IMG/VR virus record: IMGVR_UViG_3300043432_000083
Location: 33,761-97,760 of that record
From: a virus
Lineage: Duplodnaviria; Caudoviricetes
Length of the DNA: 64,000 bases
Direction: 5' to 3' (one strand)
Of the stretch, positions 8,901 through 18,231 are shown one piece after another. Within the stretch, counting starts at the first letter, position 1, and every line of letters begins with the position of its first letter. The position numbers were made by a program, and so were the translations under genes. The notes beneath the pieces are model-generated. The model was not told the DNA's origin. It was given only the letters and a program-made list of their open reading frames with translations, and searched no databases.

Positions 8901-10661
8901 GACCAATTCAGCGGGGAATCGTTCATGGCCACACTTCACGCCATGCTTGACGGTTTCACTAAGCACCATCGTCGGGACTACCACCGGATAGCATCCAGAC
9001 CATTGCGCCTCCAGCGCCGTCTTGCAGCATAGCTCTCCGCCCGTGCAAGGATAGGCCCAGACTTCAGCTTCCGCAAATTCTTTCAGTGCATCAGTATGGG
9101 CAATGCGGCCAAGGTGAACGACGCCGGGCTGCTGCAACATCTGCTCAATCCTGCCGCGCTCACGTTGCATGCTCTCCCGAACAGGAGCCGCAACGACGGC
9201 TTCAGACCGTTTCCAGAAATCCCAGCCATAGGTGACATGCAGTTCGGCATCAGGAACTTGTGCCTTCACGTTCGGCCACATCTCTAGGAGTTGTGCCAAG
9301 CCACGGTCATAGGAGGACGCATACAGCACCCGGTTCCTAACTTTTGGATGGGCAGCAACAGCTTCAGCGATCTTCTCTGTATCTACACCAAGCCAGTGTT
9401 GATAGGTCTTGGTCGGATTAACCCACGGACAGGCTTTAAGAAGTTCCTGCCGATGGTACTCACTGATACAGAGGACCGCATCGAGGCTGTCCATCAACTT
9501 CGGCGGCAAGAAGGTGGCCGCTTGTCCAGGAGCAGGAAGATCGGTGGTCCAGAAGACCTTCGTCGCTGCTGGGATATGCACCATATCCAATGATTTGAAC
9601 AGGATCAGTACGTCCCGGTCGGCCTTTGGATTCTGATCGCGGCCAAGGTAGGTCACGCCGCCGATTTCTAGGCCGTTATCCGGGCCGTTCTTATAGACTG
9701 TGACCTCATGACCCTGTATAGCCCAGGCTTCAGCGACCTTGACGACCATCTCCTCGGACCCGCCAAGGCTCTCAGGCTGAAGCGGCGTCCATCCACCAGT
9801 GACATGACCACAATGGATGCTCACGGTGGCCCGTCGGAAGCTGATCGTCCGGTTCGCGTAGGACTGGCCCTGATCCTGTTCCTCGATCAATTCGTGATCG
9901 ACCACCTTGTGCAATCCAGCCTGCTTCGCCAAGTCAATCAGGTCTTGCTCGCTGAAGACGCGCAGATGCTCTCTGGCATCCTCTAGCTTGCCGTGATGCG
10001 GGATTGGGGTTGCTGGAACGCTGATGTACAGGATGCCGCCTGGGGCGAGGTGCTTGGTTGCTGTCTTGAGACAGGTTAGAGGATCAAGGACATGCTCCAA
10101 GACTTCGGAGATGAGGACTGCGTCGAATTTCGGAAACATTGCGACAGAGCCGTCTCGCTGTGTCCATTGCTGCAACTCAAATTCTTCAATGGGACACTGG
10201 ACGAATGTGAGATCGAACCCCCACTTGTTTGCTCGTTCCTCAGCAACATCAACGGCTTTGGTACACAAATCGACCCCGACACCCTTGATCCCGCTCGCCG
10301 CCAAATTGAGCAGCTGCCACCCGTCCAAACATCCCAAGTCCAAGACCGTCTGATGCTTCCGCTCCAGGATCAGTTCACGAATCTTGGCGAACCGTTTCAC
10401 TTGTTCATGGCGTCGGAAGATTTGATCCTCTGGACAGACCCCACCTCGCATCGTCCTGTAATACTCCTGATAGGCTTCAGGAGAGTTTATGTGTGCCGTC
10501 AAGGATTCGATTTCTTGGCGAACAGGATCGCTTGTTGGCAGAATTGATACGCCAAGCCGCGCCTTTATCGCCTGATCCCGCTCGATCAGTCCTTTCGGAT
10601 CGTTCATCACTTCTTTATAATCTGTCAATTGCTCTGGGTCCGTCATTGAGTTTTCAGTCAC
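5955..10661 (-). CDS. Multidomain SAM-methyltransferase / GT4 / GT4 / degenerate MTase / GT2 protein
   Basis: VLDLGCLDG and SEVLEHV (class I MTase); two GT-B units (YASSYDRGL..ELCCKTALEA; YASRPERGL..EVSCLTTMEA); GT2 (MIVKNGE..DTGSTD..WIDADE). Start reassigned to GTG 10661 (GGAGG RBS, GTGA overlap). Confidence 0.9.
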   Translation of the reverse strand: MTENSMTDPEQLTDYKEVMNDPKGLIERDQAIKARLGVSILPTSDPVRQEIESLTAHINSPEAYQEYYRTMRGGVCPEDQIFRRHEQVKRFAKIRELILERKHQTVLDLGCLDGWQLLNLAASGIKGVGVDLCTKAVDVAEERANKWGFDLTFVQCPIEEFELQQWTQRDGSVAMFPKFDAVLISEVLEHVLDPLTCLKTATKHLAPGGILYISVPATPIPHHGKLEDAREHLRVFSEQDLIDLAKQAGLHKVVDHELIEEQDQGQSYANRTISFRRATVSIHCGHVTGGWTPLQPESLGGSEEMVVKVAEAWAIQGHEVTVYKNGPDNGLEIGGVTYLGRDQNPKADRDVLILFKSLDMVHIPAATKVFWTTDLPAPGQAATFLPPKLMDSLDAVLCISEYHRQELLKACPWVNPTKTYQHWLGVDTEKIAEAVAAHPKVRNRVLYASSYDRGLAQLLEMWPNVKAQVPDAELHVTYGWDFWKRSEAVVAAPVRESMQRERGRIEQMLQQPGVVHLGRIAHTDALKEFAEAEVWAYPCTGGELCCKTALEAQWSGCYPVVVPTMVLSETVKHGVKCGHERFPAELVRVLKERPYDVEGSTGSAGTSWADMASYLWDVCGGKINTDKATAPTATAPIIEAQPLPDRFPVPSCTSTPPVKELSILMAVAGMPFDGQTDRTKDLGGSESAAIGLCRALAKRGHSVTVFSNLPGQPGKFDGVTYLPIGDYVRYASSTPHDISIIQREPTGFNLALQSKLNILWCHDLGLKRFHVPFRSSLWNVDYIVPVSNWHARQLCKVYDLPPEIMAPMRNGIDLDFVRKSIDKRGQKDKNAIVYASRPERGLDVLLSQVFPKLLERNPNLTLYVAAYNNTVESLAPFYQHCQQLMANLGPRAKWLGALKKSELYGLYSRARVLLYPSNNFEEVSCLTTMEAAACGLPVVASTLGALPETTSLADGFARLVEHPSKSATPDFVNRFVDAAWDVISDDLLNKRMSDAGRNGAEHYDWSGAAEDWEHFLLGAIELRSKDKLRLVRHWWRLGDVNGVEKILPDLTPEQTTAFRHKDEVERMEQDAPRLPTDHLYHAVANVAAQYKPKTIRGVGANGDIIADHLAQMLSTESVRDGKADFVVGVESLDCSIDPLKHIKDAEYLTNDGGHICFVTACPGVQQDRLHRGEPRKRRWVFDGHDVKEMLGGKSDLLAMIVEGGALSKYDNRPLAWLLNCYTKKALMPVSTLNLERRKWLQSPQLSLTGAMIVKNGESLLTRCLKSIAPYCDEIIVDDTGSTDTTPEILRRFGIEPGQGQNPLQVGFDAVRNRGWQRATGDFIHWIDADEELLDAQNLPKYLRWSIYNGFAIQQHHFSAVPANAFKPDLPVRFFRRIWLNGKETGIRCYGFVHEHPELALNHSVGQSIVLSDVHIAHDGYLTETGRRGRFDRNIQLMFRDRAQYPDRILGKFLMIRDWIHLARYESERNQGALTPSAIQYLETAIEAYRKDFLGATHQMATDGLQYYNEALQVLRRGFEVQIVLKVGGVDGQPREIVYTGRMADKKDLETLVMGGVRDLAVIWDEEYI

Positions 10662-11488
10662 TTGGACACCTCCTGCATCATGCGGTGAGTGGTTTGATTC
10701 TGCGATATTACCGTATTCGCCCAATACCGTTCCTTCATCATGTTGTACACGATCTGATCTGGTCGATGATGATTCACCATCACGTCTGGTCGATGTTTCC
10801 ACTTCTCCGCGAACCGCTCCCAGTCCTGGATTTCAATGTCGGTGTCTTGGCTGGCAGTGTGATCCGCTCGGCGACTACGCTTATCAAGGTGCAAACATCT
10901 CGCGGCATCCGTTACGCCGTATTGCAGACCAGCATCACGGACTCGCTGTGCATAATCTGTGTCTCCATAACAGACATACATTCCTGAGTCGAAGTAGCCG
11001 ACCTTCTCGATGCACTCTCTGGTCATCAGGAATGCGGCTCCGTTGTAGGTTGAATAATCGACCTTCTCCGCTGGCTCAGGCTCCTCATACAGTTTCCACA
11101 GATCGTCGAATTGGTCGCTGACGACTCTAGGTCCAAGGAACGCGCAACCCGAATCGTCCTGAATCGCATCTAACAACGCCAAGGCGTCAGGGGCCAGCAG
11201 GATATCTGAGGTCAAGATGAATATCTTCTCCGATTGTCCAGCCAATACCAGCCCCCGGTTCAGCGAGGTCCAGACGCCAAGATTCTTCTCATGCCGGATG
11301 ACCCGCGCCCCACGTCGCATGGCGTCAGCGAAGACCGCATCCATCCCTGGCGCCGTTGAGCAGTTGTCCAGCAAGACGACGGACGACACCAGCTTGTCAT
11401 GATGGGCGTTCGCCCAGTAATGGGCCAGCGTCGCCGCGAGGATAGCAGGAGCGTTCCTGCACGGTATCACCACGGACACCCTACTCAT
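10658..11488 (-). CDS. Glycosyltransferase family 2
   Basis: VSVVIP, LLDNCS, NLG...SLNRG, TSDI, GAAFL..EKVGYFD..YGDTDY. Confidence 0.9.
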   Translation of the reverse strand: MSRVSVVIPCRNAPAILAATLAHYWANAHHDKLVSSVVLLDNCSTAPGMDAVFADAMRRGARVIRHEKNLGVWTSLNRGLVLAGQSEKIFILTSDILLAPDALALLDAIQDDSGCAFLGPRVVSDQFDDLWKLYEEPEPAEKVDYSTYNGAAFLMTRECIEKVGYFDSGMYVCYGDTDYAQRVRDAGLQYGVTDAARCLHLDKRSRRADHTASQDTDIEIQDWERFAEKWKHRPDVMVNHHRPDQIVYNMMKERYWANTVISQNQTTHRMMQEVSK

Positions 11489-11588
11489 GTCTCTTGTCCT
11501 TTTTCAACTGCTCCCACCGCTTCAAGCACTGCTCGCACAAGGGAGGAATGCCAAGGCATACCGGACAGACGGAACGAATATCGGTCAA
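11481..11588 (-). CDS. 35-aa CxxC...CxxC micro-protein
   Basis: TTG-start MTDIRSVCPVCLGIPPLCEQCLKRWEQLKKDKRHE fills the gap, overlapping both neighbours. Confidence 0.5.
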   Translation of the reverse strand: MTDIRSVCPVCLGIPPLCEQCLKRWEQLKKDKRHE

Positions 11589-12376
11589 GGCTTCCACCCT
11601 TCCGCCAGCTTCACCTCAAATGCCTTGACCTGCTCCGGTGTGCCGAGACCATGAAACTCCTCAACTGGAATCGCCCGGATGTTGCGTTGGTGTCGTTGGG
11701 CATGGTTCGCAGATGGGGCCAGATAAAATTCCCCGTTGGTTCGGTCGTTCTTGACGACCATTGAGCAGATCGCAGTTACCAGATCACCGGTCCTCCGCCA
11801 CCAATAAGCTCCACACGTCGCCATATCTGAGACCTGCTTCTTTTCCACGACCTGCACCACCATATCGGTCCCGTCTGTCACCACGTAGCTCCATTGAGGC
11901 CCGGTTCCAGGAAACGTCAAAATGAATCCATCAAGGTTATCAACCATCGCCTTGTTGTGAATCGCTTCCAGATTGCACTTGATCCACTGATCGCTGTTGA
12001 GGATCAGCACAGGATCATTCGGGGGCAATCCCACCGCAGCCGCTAGGACAGACATGGCTGCACCTTGCGTCGGACCTGGGATGACACAGGTTCTGATGGA
12101 TGGCCATTGGCCGCTATCATCAGTCCAAGACCAGTCCCATAATTCGTCTTGCAACAATCGCCCATCGCTGTTATCTTTCACCACCGCAATAATTCCGTCT
12201 CGCCAAGCAGAGGGCACCACATCCAATACCCAGTCCAGCATCCGCCGCCCGCCAACCGGGATCAGCGGCTTCGGCTCTTTGTAGCCTTGGTCTTTGAAGC
12301 GTTTGCCTTCGCCGCAACACGGGATGATGATGTGCGGGATGCTGTCTTTTTCACGGGTGTTTTCGGCTCTGTCCAC
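11585..12376 (-). CDS. Sugar-phosphate nucleotidyltransferase (GT-A fold)
   Basis: IPCCGEGKRF..PKPLI, NSDQ, WSYV, EKK.VS, NGEFYLAP, GLGTPE. Confidence 0.88.
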   Translation of the reverse strand: MDRAENTREKDSIPHIIIPCCGEGKRFKDQGYKEPKPLIPVGGRRMLDWVLDVVPSAWRDGIIAVVKDNSDGRLLQDELWDWSWTDDSGQWPSIRTCVIPGPTQGAAMSVLAAAVGLPPNDPVLILNSDQWIKCNLEAIHNKAMVDNLDGFILTFPGTGPQWSYVVTDGTDMVVQVVEKKQVSDMATCGAYWWRRTGDLVTAICSMVVKNDRTNGEFYLAPSANHAQRHQRNIRAIPVEEFHGLGTPEQVKAFEVKLAEGWKP

Positions 12377-12421
12377 GATTGGGAACCCTCCTGTGTGAGA
12401 TATTCGCCATAGTGCGTCACG

Positions 12422-13111
12422 TTATGCCACCACTGCTTGAGCTGGTGCATCCATGCCATGTTGTCGTGCTCCACCCGGCAATAACCTGCCGCGTCCAAGA
12501 ATGCGATGGATCAACCACGGTTCGACTTCATGTGGTCCTGCGACTTCAATCAACCGGCATCCGGCCTGCCGAGCCGCTTGCTTGCCTGCGTCCCCATCTT
12601 CAATGACGGTCATCTGTTCCGGCTGAATATGCCAGATATGGGCGGCCTTCTGATACATTTGTGGAGAGGGCTTGGCGTGCAGCACATCCTCATTGCTGAG
12701 GTAGAAGTCCATAAAGTTAATAATCCCCATGTTCAGCAGCACGGCCTGCACTGTGGCTCGAATGGAGTTCGAGCAACAACACATCTGCCAATTGGCATGC
12801 TTCAGCGTTAGCAGCAACGCGGTCACCTCCGGCCTCGGCTTCGTATCTGCCACCGCAATCAGTGTCGCTTCCTTCTTGCGGTGTTCAATGTCAGTTATAA
12901 CAGCCAGGTTATTCGGTATCCTCCCTATCTGCACCAACAGATCCACCTTGCGGCGCGTCGGCAGACCCTTAAAGGTGGACAAGTGTTCCTCCCAGGTGAT
13001 CGGCGGACAGTATGGGATCAATGCGTGGTTGACCGCCTCAAAATGGGCGACATCACTATCCCAAATGCAATTGTCGAGATCGAGCGCCAAATATCCCGCT
13101 ACATCACGCAT
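12422..13111 (-). CDS. HAD-family phosphatase
   Basis: DLDNCI (motif I), CSNS (II), KPSP (III), IEDGDAG (IV). Confidence 0.9.
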   Translation of the reverse strand: MRDVAGYLALDLDNCIWDSDVAHFEAVNHALIPYCPPITWEEHLSTFKGLPTRRKVDLLVQIGRIPNNLAVITDIEHRKKEATLIAVADTKPRPEVTALLLTLKHANWQMCCCSNSIRATVQAVLLNMGIINFMDFYLSNEDVLHAKPSPQMYQKAAHIWHIQPEQMTVIEDGDAGKQAARQAGCRLIEVAGPHEVEPWLIHRILGRGRLLPGGARQHGMDAPAQAVVA

Positions 13112-14120
13112 GGCAGAATTCCTCTAATGTTGGTCTGATCGTTCTCAAATCGGATGGTTTCGAGTATAGTATGGTCAACAAACGGTATCCCGCTTTTATG
13201 TATGCAGTATTTCTCTTATGATCTTTGTCTATATTTTTGTGCCAGTAGCTACCATCCAACTCCACGATCTTGCCTTGAGTTTCAGACAGAAAATCTGGAT
13301 AATGTCCAGCAACGCGCTTCGCATGACGACCCCCACCAGTAAACACCCACAACTCAGGCTGAATTTCGTCAAGCATGGCAAGTATAGCCTTCTCAGTGTT
13401 ATTTGGCTTTGCCATTGAAATCATTGATCTGGCACCATTTAATAATTGTTCGCGTTGAGCTGGGTCATTCCATCGTGCAAGTGTTTGCTTGCTAGTCTTC
13501 TTACGATTTTCAGGTAAACACTTCACTGCTTGTATTTTCTTAGATACCCTCTCTTTGTATTCAGGATCTTGCCATCTCGCTTTTACGGCTCTTATAATTT
13601 TCTGTTTTTCCTCTTCTGACTTTTTGCGACTCATGCGACCCTTCCAATTTGGATCGGAGGCTATTTGCTGCATTCTAATACGATGTTTCTTTCTGTATTC
13701 CTCATTATCCCAAATTTTCTGAAGTCTATTTGTCCGACGTGCTGCAATCTCAGGATCAGCCCATTCCTTTTTTCTTGCTTTACTCAGATTCTTCCGATAT
13801 TCATCAGCCTTCGGACTGTTCAGCAATTCCTTGATAGCCTTCTTATGAGATTCTGAAAATCTCTGCAATACTTCAGGCCGAGTTTCCTTACGTCCTTTAT
13901 TCCACGCCACTTGGCCAAGATGAGATATTCGCAATTTCTCTCTTGTCTCGGCTGATGCTTTTCTCCCAGTATTGGCTCGACCTATTTTCTCAAACATAGC
14001 TGCTTTTGTCTCAGGCGTCCTCCTGTTCCAAGCACCTTTTGACGCAGCACTTCTTCGTTCCTTTGTATATTTGCCAAGTGGATCAGTAGGATTTACTTTT
14101 TCCGCTGCTATCCGCTTCAT
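13104..14120 (-). CDS. Free-standing homing-endonuclease-like protein (NUMOD3 repeats + Vsr/DUF559-type nuclease)
   Basis: SAETREKLRISHLG..WNKG repeats; C-terminal YPDF...IVELDGSYWH..D..RN....GY; AT-richer than flanks. Confidence 0.8.
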   Translation of the reverse strand: MKRIAAEKVNPTDPLGKYTKERRSAASKGAWNRRTPETKAAMFEKIGRANTGRKASAETREKLRISHLGQVAWNKGRKETRPEVLQRFSESHKKAIKELLNSPKADEYRKNLSKARKKEWADPEIAARRTNRLQKIWDNEEYRKKHRIRMQQIASDPNWKGRMSRKKSEEEKQKIIRAVKARWQDPEYKERVSKKIQAVKCLPENRKKTSKQTLARWNDPAQREQLLNGARSMISMAKPNNTEKAILAMLDEIQPELWVFTGGGRHAKRVAGHYPDFLSETQGKIVELDGSYWHKNIDKDHKRNTAYIKAGYRLLTILYSKPSDLRTIRPTLEEFCHA

Positions 14121-14224
14121 TGCCCAATCCTGATTGTATCGATGATGATATACAGCGACAGTGCAGTGACAAGAAGACCACAAAGAATCAGCACCACAAG
14201 CATGATCCCCTCAAGCGATTTCAT
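14117..14224 (-). CDS. 35-aa single-TM micro-protein
   Basis: MKSLEGIMLVVLILCGLLVTALSLYIIIDTIRIGQ; ATGA overlaps at both ends. Confidence 0.55.
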   Translation of the reverse strand: MKSLEGIMLVVLILCGLLVTALSLYIIIDTIRIGQ

Positions 14225-14382
14225 GCGGCCTCCACTGGCTGCGGAATATGCTCCCATGTCCATTGACATCCTGGTGTCTGGCAGGACTGGGACAGTATCA
14301 TGTCACGACTGTCCAATGACCCGATCACTCGGTTGAGGCATTGCGGACAAATCAGCACCCACGGATAATCTTGCCTAGCCAC
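14221..14382 (-). CDS. Small Cys-rich hypothetical protein
   Basis: CPQC...CQTPGC; GTG start after GGAG RBS. Confidence 0.5.
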   Translation of the reverse strand: MARQDYPWVLICPQCLNRVIGSLDSRDMILSQSCQTPGCQWTWEHIPQPVEAA

Positions 14383-14650
14383 CAAACTCCCTCCTTGCCT
14401 TCGCCATGATCGATTCACAAGGAATGCCAGCTAACGCGCACCACATCTCCAGCAACATCGACGGAGTTTGCAGCCACTGCCTCGCCTTGTCGCTGTCGGC
14501 GTCCAGTGTGTTCACCCTCGCATCCAGCCATGCTTGTTCGATTACTGATTGCGCCAAGCTGACGTAGCCGCTGTGCCGCAGTATCTCATTCTCTCGTGTG
14601 CGGGTACGCAGGCGGAACACATCGTCCAGCGGGTTGCTTTCCATCGTCAT
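14375..14650 (-). CDS. Conserved-type small phage protein
   Basis: LAQSVIEQAWLDA..ARQWL..WCALAGI pattern common in phage hypothetical proteins. Confidence 0.6.
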   Translation of the reverse strand: MTMESNPLDDVFRLRTRTRENEILRHSGYVSLAQSVIEQAWLDARVNTLDADSDKARQWLQTPSMLLEMWCALAGIPCESIMAKARREFGG

Positions 14651-15384
14651 CGCGCAAACCAGGGATACCATTCCATCTCGTTAACCTTCGGCTCAGGGAT
14701 CTCGCCAGAGGCCAGCATGCCGATGACCGACGCGAACCCACATCCCCATTTCGTCTCCAACCACGTCCGGTTGAAGCCTTGTGCCTGCATGTTCTGGGTT
14801 GTTGGAGTCCCTCTATCCATGTGCTGCCAATGTCGATCTAATCCAATCGGATGATGACTCCAACCATGGGCATCAGAAATTGAGACCCGGTCTTTACTGA
14901 GTCCCCGAATTGCCCGCGCCTGCCAATCCCATTCCTGGAAGCCATTGACCACAAACCGCTCGTCGAACCAGCCAACCTCTCGCAGTACCTTGCGATTAAA
15001 CAGGAACGCCAAGTCCCCAGCCGGAGCGACATAGAGATCAGCATCATGCTGGGAGATCAGCTCGACCCATCCAACTTGAACCTCTACATCGTCCATCGAA
15101 CATAGCAGCCATTCGACTTCAGGATCACGGAAAGCCCACAGCATCGCGGTATTCCAGGTCCGCGACATATGGCCTGCCGACTCCGGCGTCCGCCCCATCG
15201 AAATGACCTGGCTGCGCTCCGGCAGTTCCACCCCTCGTCCCGTCTCTGGATGCCCGGCCAACAGATACAGATGGCGATACGTCGGAATCGTTCGCATCCA
15301 TCCTTGCAGCGTTCGCTCCAGCAATTCATTGCGCTTATGCCCAGCTATCGCTATGACTGTCTTTGAGAAGTTTACGCTGGGCAC
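14647..15384 (-). CDS. GT2-like glycosyltransferase
   Basis: SRTWN, SMDDV, VGWFDERF..GFQEWDW. Confidence 0.8.
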   Translation of the reverse strand: MPSVNFSKTVIAIAGHKRNELLERTLQGWMRTIPTYRHLYLLAGHPETGRGVELPERSQVISMGRTPESAGHMSRTWNTAMLWAFRDPEVEWLLCSMDDVEVQVGWVELISQHDADLYVAPAGDLAFLFNRKVLREVGWFDERFVVNGFQEWDWQARAIRGLSKDRVSISDAHGWSHHPIGLDRHWQHMDRGTPTTQNMQAQGFNRTWLETKWGCGFASVIGMLASGEIPEPKVNEMEWYPWFAR

Positions 15385-16229
15385 GATTCCATCCTTTTTA
15401 TGTCGACTGCAATCTCCGCCTCTATTGTCTGTCGTAGACCCTCGCTCAACGTCTTGGGCAGCCAGCCAAGTTTTCTTAGTTGGTAAGGGAAGGCTTCAAT
15501 CGCCATGGGTTCCCCACTTCGATAAGGCAATGCGCCAAACAACAACTTGCTGGTAGATCGTGTGTGGCAGCGCACTATCGTAGCAACTTCTTCGATAGAG
15601 GTGATATAGCCTGTTCCGCAGTCTAGCGTCACCGACTCCCCCTCTCCGCACAACTCCTTGCCACGTTCCGCCAGCGTCAGGAACGCCGACGCCACATCGC
15701 TGACATGAATGAAGTCCCGGTACTGCTGACCCGGCGTCAACGGTATGTCCTGATTACTGAGGCACTGCCTAATGAGATCATGAATAAACTTGCCGTCATG
15801 ATCCCCTTCGCCGTAGACATAATGCAGCTTGACGTTCAGGAATCGGGTAGAGGTACCTTGGCAGGCCAGCGTTGCCCATTTCGCAAAGGTCTTTTTCGAT
15901 AAGACATAAGGGGCCATATGCGTCGAATCTTCGGGCAGTGCCGTATCTGCTGCGATGAACAGCGGAACCTTGTTGACAATAGCTCGCTCCAACAGTCTTA
16001 GCGGACCATTCACGTTGTCCACCAACACATCTTCCAAACGGGATAAATTCTCACATCGTCCATGATTTGTCGCCAAGTGAACAATCGCATCGAGCCCACC
16101 GAACATCATCCCATATCCAGGTATATCGCTGTGTGGCAGCCGATACACATTCCAGTTTACCAACTCAAATGCTTGGCGGACATGCTGTCCAATGAATCCG
16201 CTGGCTCCGGTGATCAAAACGTCTGGCAT
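15372..16229 (-). CDS. NDP-4-keto-sugar reductase (SDR; abequose/paratose synthase-like)
   Basis: ITGASGFIG, YVLSK, VYG, GQQYRDFIHVSDV, FGALPYR. Confidence 0.85.
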   Translation of the reverse strand: MPDVLITGASGFIGQHVRQAFELVNWNVYRLPHSDIPGYGMMFGGLDAIVHLATNHGRCENLSRLEDVLVDNVNGPLRLLERAIVNKVPLFIAADTALPEDSTHMAPYVLSKKTFAKWATLACQGTSTRFLNVKLHYVYGEGDHDGKFIHDLIRQCLSNQDIPLTPGQQYRDFIHVSDVASAFLTLAERGKELCGEGESVTLDCGTGYITSIEEVATIVRCHTRSTSKLLFGALPYRSGEPMAIEAFPYQLRKLGWLPKTLSEGLRQTIEAEIAVDIKRMESCPA

Positions 16230-17497
16230 CAGACGACCTCAATCTCTGGAATTGGGATGATGAACTTGCCTCCACGTCGGCGATACTCGGCCTGCTGCGC
16301 CAAGATTTCCTCCTTGAAGTTCCATGTTAGCAATAAGGCGTAATCGGGCTGATCCTCTAACAACCGCTCAGGTGTATAGATCGGCAGCCGTGAGCCTGTC
16401 ATGTATCGACCCTGCTTCGCTGGGCTTTTGTCCACAACGTACTCGATCAGCTTGGTGCTGGCTTCAATTCCGCAACTGTTCAACAGGGTTCCCCCTTTGG
16501 CCGCTGCGCCATACGCCACAACGCGCTTGCCCTTCACAGCCAAATCAGTCAGGCATTGGATCAGGTTCTCCTGTGACTGCTTGACTCGTTCCGCGAATGC
16601 TGCGTAGGTTTGATAATCCTTGACGCCCCACCGATCCTCTTCATTGAGGAGCTGTATCAATCGAGGGCTCATCCGCCGAGTGGTCAGCATGTGGTAATGT
16701 TGGGCGTAGATGCGTAGGGACCCACCATGCGTCGGCAACTGCTCCACATCGAAGATGGCCAGCCCATGCGATAAGAACAAGGCTTTCAGCGCCTTCAGGG
16801 AGTAATAGCACAGGTGTTCATGATAACAGGTGTCAAACTCGCATCGGTCAATCAGTTCCTTAACATGCGGAACCTCGAAAACCGCCACACCCTTCTCTGC
16901 GAGGAGAGTGGCGACACCAGCTACGAAGCCGTTGGTGTCTGCGACATGCGCCAGCACATTGTTGCCCAGGATCACGTCGGCGTAGATCCCCTCCCAGGCC
17001 AATTCCTGTGCCAAGGTCTTTGTGAAGAACTCATTGCGGGTCGGGATGCCCTTCGCTATAGCCGCCCTAACTGGCCCTTCTGACGGATCAATACCGAGGA
17101 CTGGGATGCCTCTCGCCACGAAATGCTGAAGTAGATAGCCGTCATTGCTGGCAATCTCGACTGCTAGGCTTTTCTTGTTGAGTGCGAACCGATCAATCAG
17201 TGCATCTACATTCTGCTTGCAATGGTTCACCCATGCCTCAGACACCGAGGAGAAATAAGGATAATCAGTCTGAAACACCTTTTCCGGCGCAACCGTATGG
17301 ACAAGTTGCACCAGTGAACACTCTGAACAGAAGGCCAGGTCCATCGGATACCGAGGCTCCCGCTGGTCAAGCTGATCCTGCCTCAGCAAATGCCCGGACA
17401 GCGGCAGGTTGCCAAGGCTGAGGAATGTCTTGATGTCCGGCGAGCCGCAGGCCCGACAGACGGTAATGTCAGCATCATACTGTGCTTGGGTCTGCAT
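16229..17497 (-). CDS. NDP-hexose C-methyltransferase (TylC3/NovU-like)
   Basis: CRAC..CSECSLVQL Zn site, EIASNDG, NVLAH, YHEH, HGGSLR, YGAAAKG; start reassigned to MQTQ (TGATG overlap). Confidence 0.92.
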   Translation of the reverse strand: MQTQAQYDADITVCRACGSPDIKTFLSLGNLPLSGHLLRQDQLDQREPRYPMDLAFCSECSLVQLVHTVAPEKVFQTDYPYFSSVSEAWVNHCKQNVDALIDRFALNKKSLAVEIASNDGYLLQHFVARGIPVLGIDPSEGPVRAAIAKGIPTRNEFFTKTLAQELAWEGIYADVILGNNVLAHVADTNGFVAGVATLLAEKGVAVFEVPHVKELIDRCEFDTCYHEHLCYYSLKALKALFLSHGLAIFDVEQLPTHGGSLRIYAQHYHMLTTRRMSPRLIQLLNEEDRWGVKDYQTYAAFAERVKQSQENLIQCLTDLAVKGKRVVAYGAAAKGGTLLNSCGIEASTKLIEYVVDKSPAKQGRYMTGSRLPIYTPERLLEDQPDYALLLTWNFKEEILAQQAEYRRRGGKFIIPIPEIEVV

Positions 17498-18231
17498 CAA
17501 TCCTCCCAGGTTTTCCATGCTGCCTTGCCACTTTGCCACATGGCCTCCAGTTCTCTCCAATCCCGCTCGGTATCCATGCACTGCCAGAATCCGTCATGCT
17601 GATAGGCGGCAAGTTGGCCGTCCTTCGCCAGTCGCTGCATTGGGTCCTGTTCCCATTGGGTCTGATCGCCGTCGATGTAGTCGAAGACACCAGGCTCGCA
17701 GGCGAAGAAGCCCCCGTTGATCCAACCTCCGGAATGCTCCGGCTTCTCGGTGAAGGACGCCACGTCGTTGCTTGTCAGTATCAGTTCGCCAAATCGACCG
17801 CGAGGACGAACTGCTGCCACCGTACAGAGTTTGCCCTGCTCTCGATGGAAGGCCAAGAAGTCAGTCAGGTTCAAATCCGTCACGCCATCACACCAACTCA
17901 TCAGGAACGTCCCACGATGTTCCAACATGGGCTTGAGCCTAAGCAATCGACCGCCATTCTGCGTCCCATAGCCGGTTGAGCCTCGGTAGACCTTCCAATT
18001 GGATGGGAAGGCCATCGGGTCTGAGCAGTACCAATCGATCACCCATCCCATATGTCCCAGCGCCAGCATGAAGTTCTTGAACCCATGCCGACCGAAGTGC
18101 TGCATGATGTGCCAGAGGATCGGCTTGCCGCCAATCTCGACCATTGCCTTTGGTCGATCTGCGAAGGTGGCCTTCAGGCGCTCGCCGTTACCGCCACACA
18201 GTATGACGACTGGAACCGTGTTAGCGTCCAA
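17497..18231 (-). CDS. rfbF: Glucose-1-phosphate cytidylyltransferase
   Basis: LCGG.G.RL, PK.MVEIGGKPILWHIM, WINGGFF, GFWQCMDT.RD. Confidence 0.9.
   Translation of the reverse strand: MDANTVPVVILCGGNGERLKATFADRPKAMVEIGGKPILWHIMQHFGRHGFKNFMLALGHMGWVIDWYCSDPMAFPSNWKVYRGSTGYGTQNGGRLLRLKPMLEHRGTFLMSWCDGVTDLNLTDFLAFHREQGKLCTVAAVRPRGRFGELILTSNDVASFTEKPEHSGGWINGGFFACEPGVFDYIDGDQTQWEQDPMQRLAKDGQLAAYQHDGFWQCMDTERDWRELEAMWQSGKAAWKTWED

Noticed and set aside
10662-10802. 47-aa N-terminal extension of the giant GT, or a frameshift fusion with the upstream GT2
   Set aside because: GGAGG RBS and GTGA overlap support the start at 10661; no slippery site seen.
12262-12498. 78-aa ORF suggesting a frameshifted HAD-nucleotidyltransferase fusion
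   Set aside because: Not in frame with the transferase, which has its own strong RBS.
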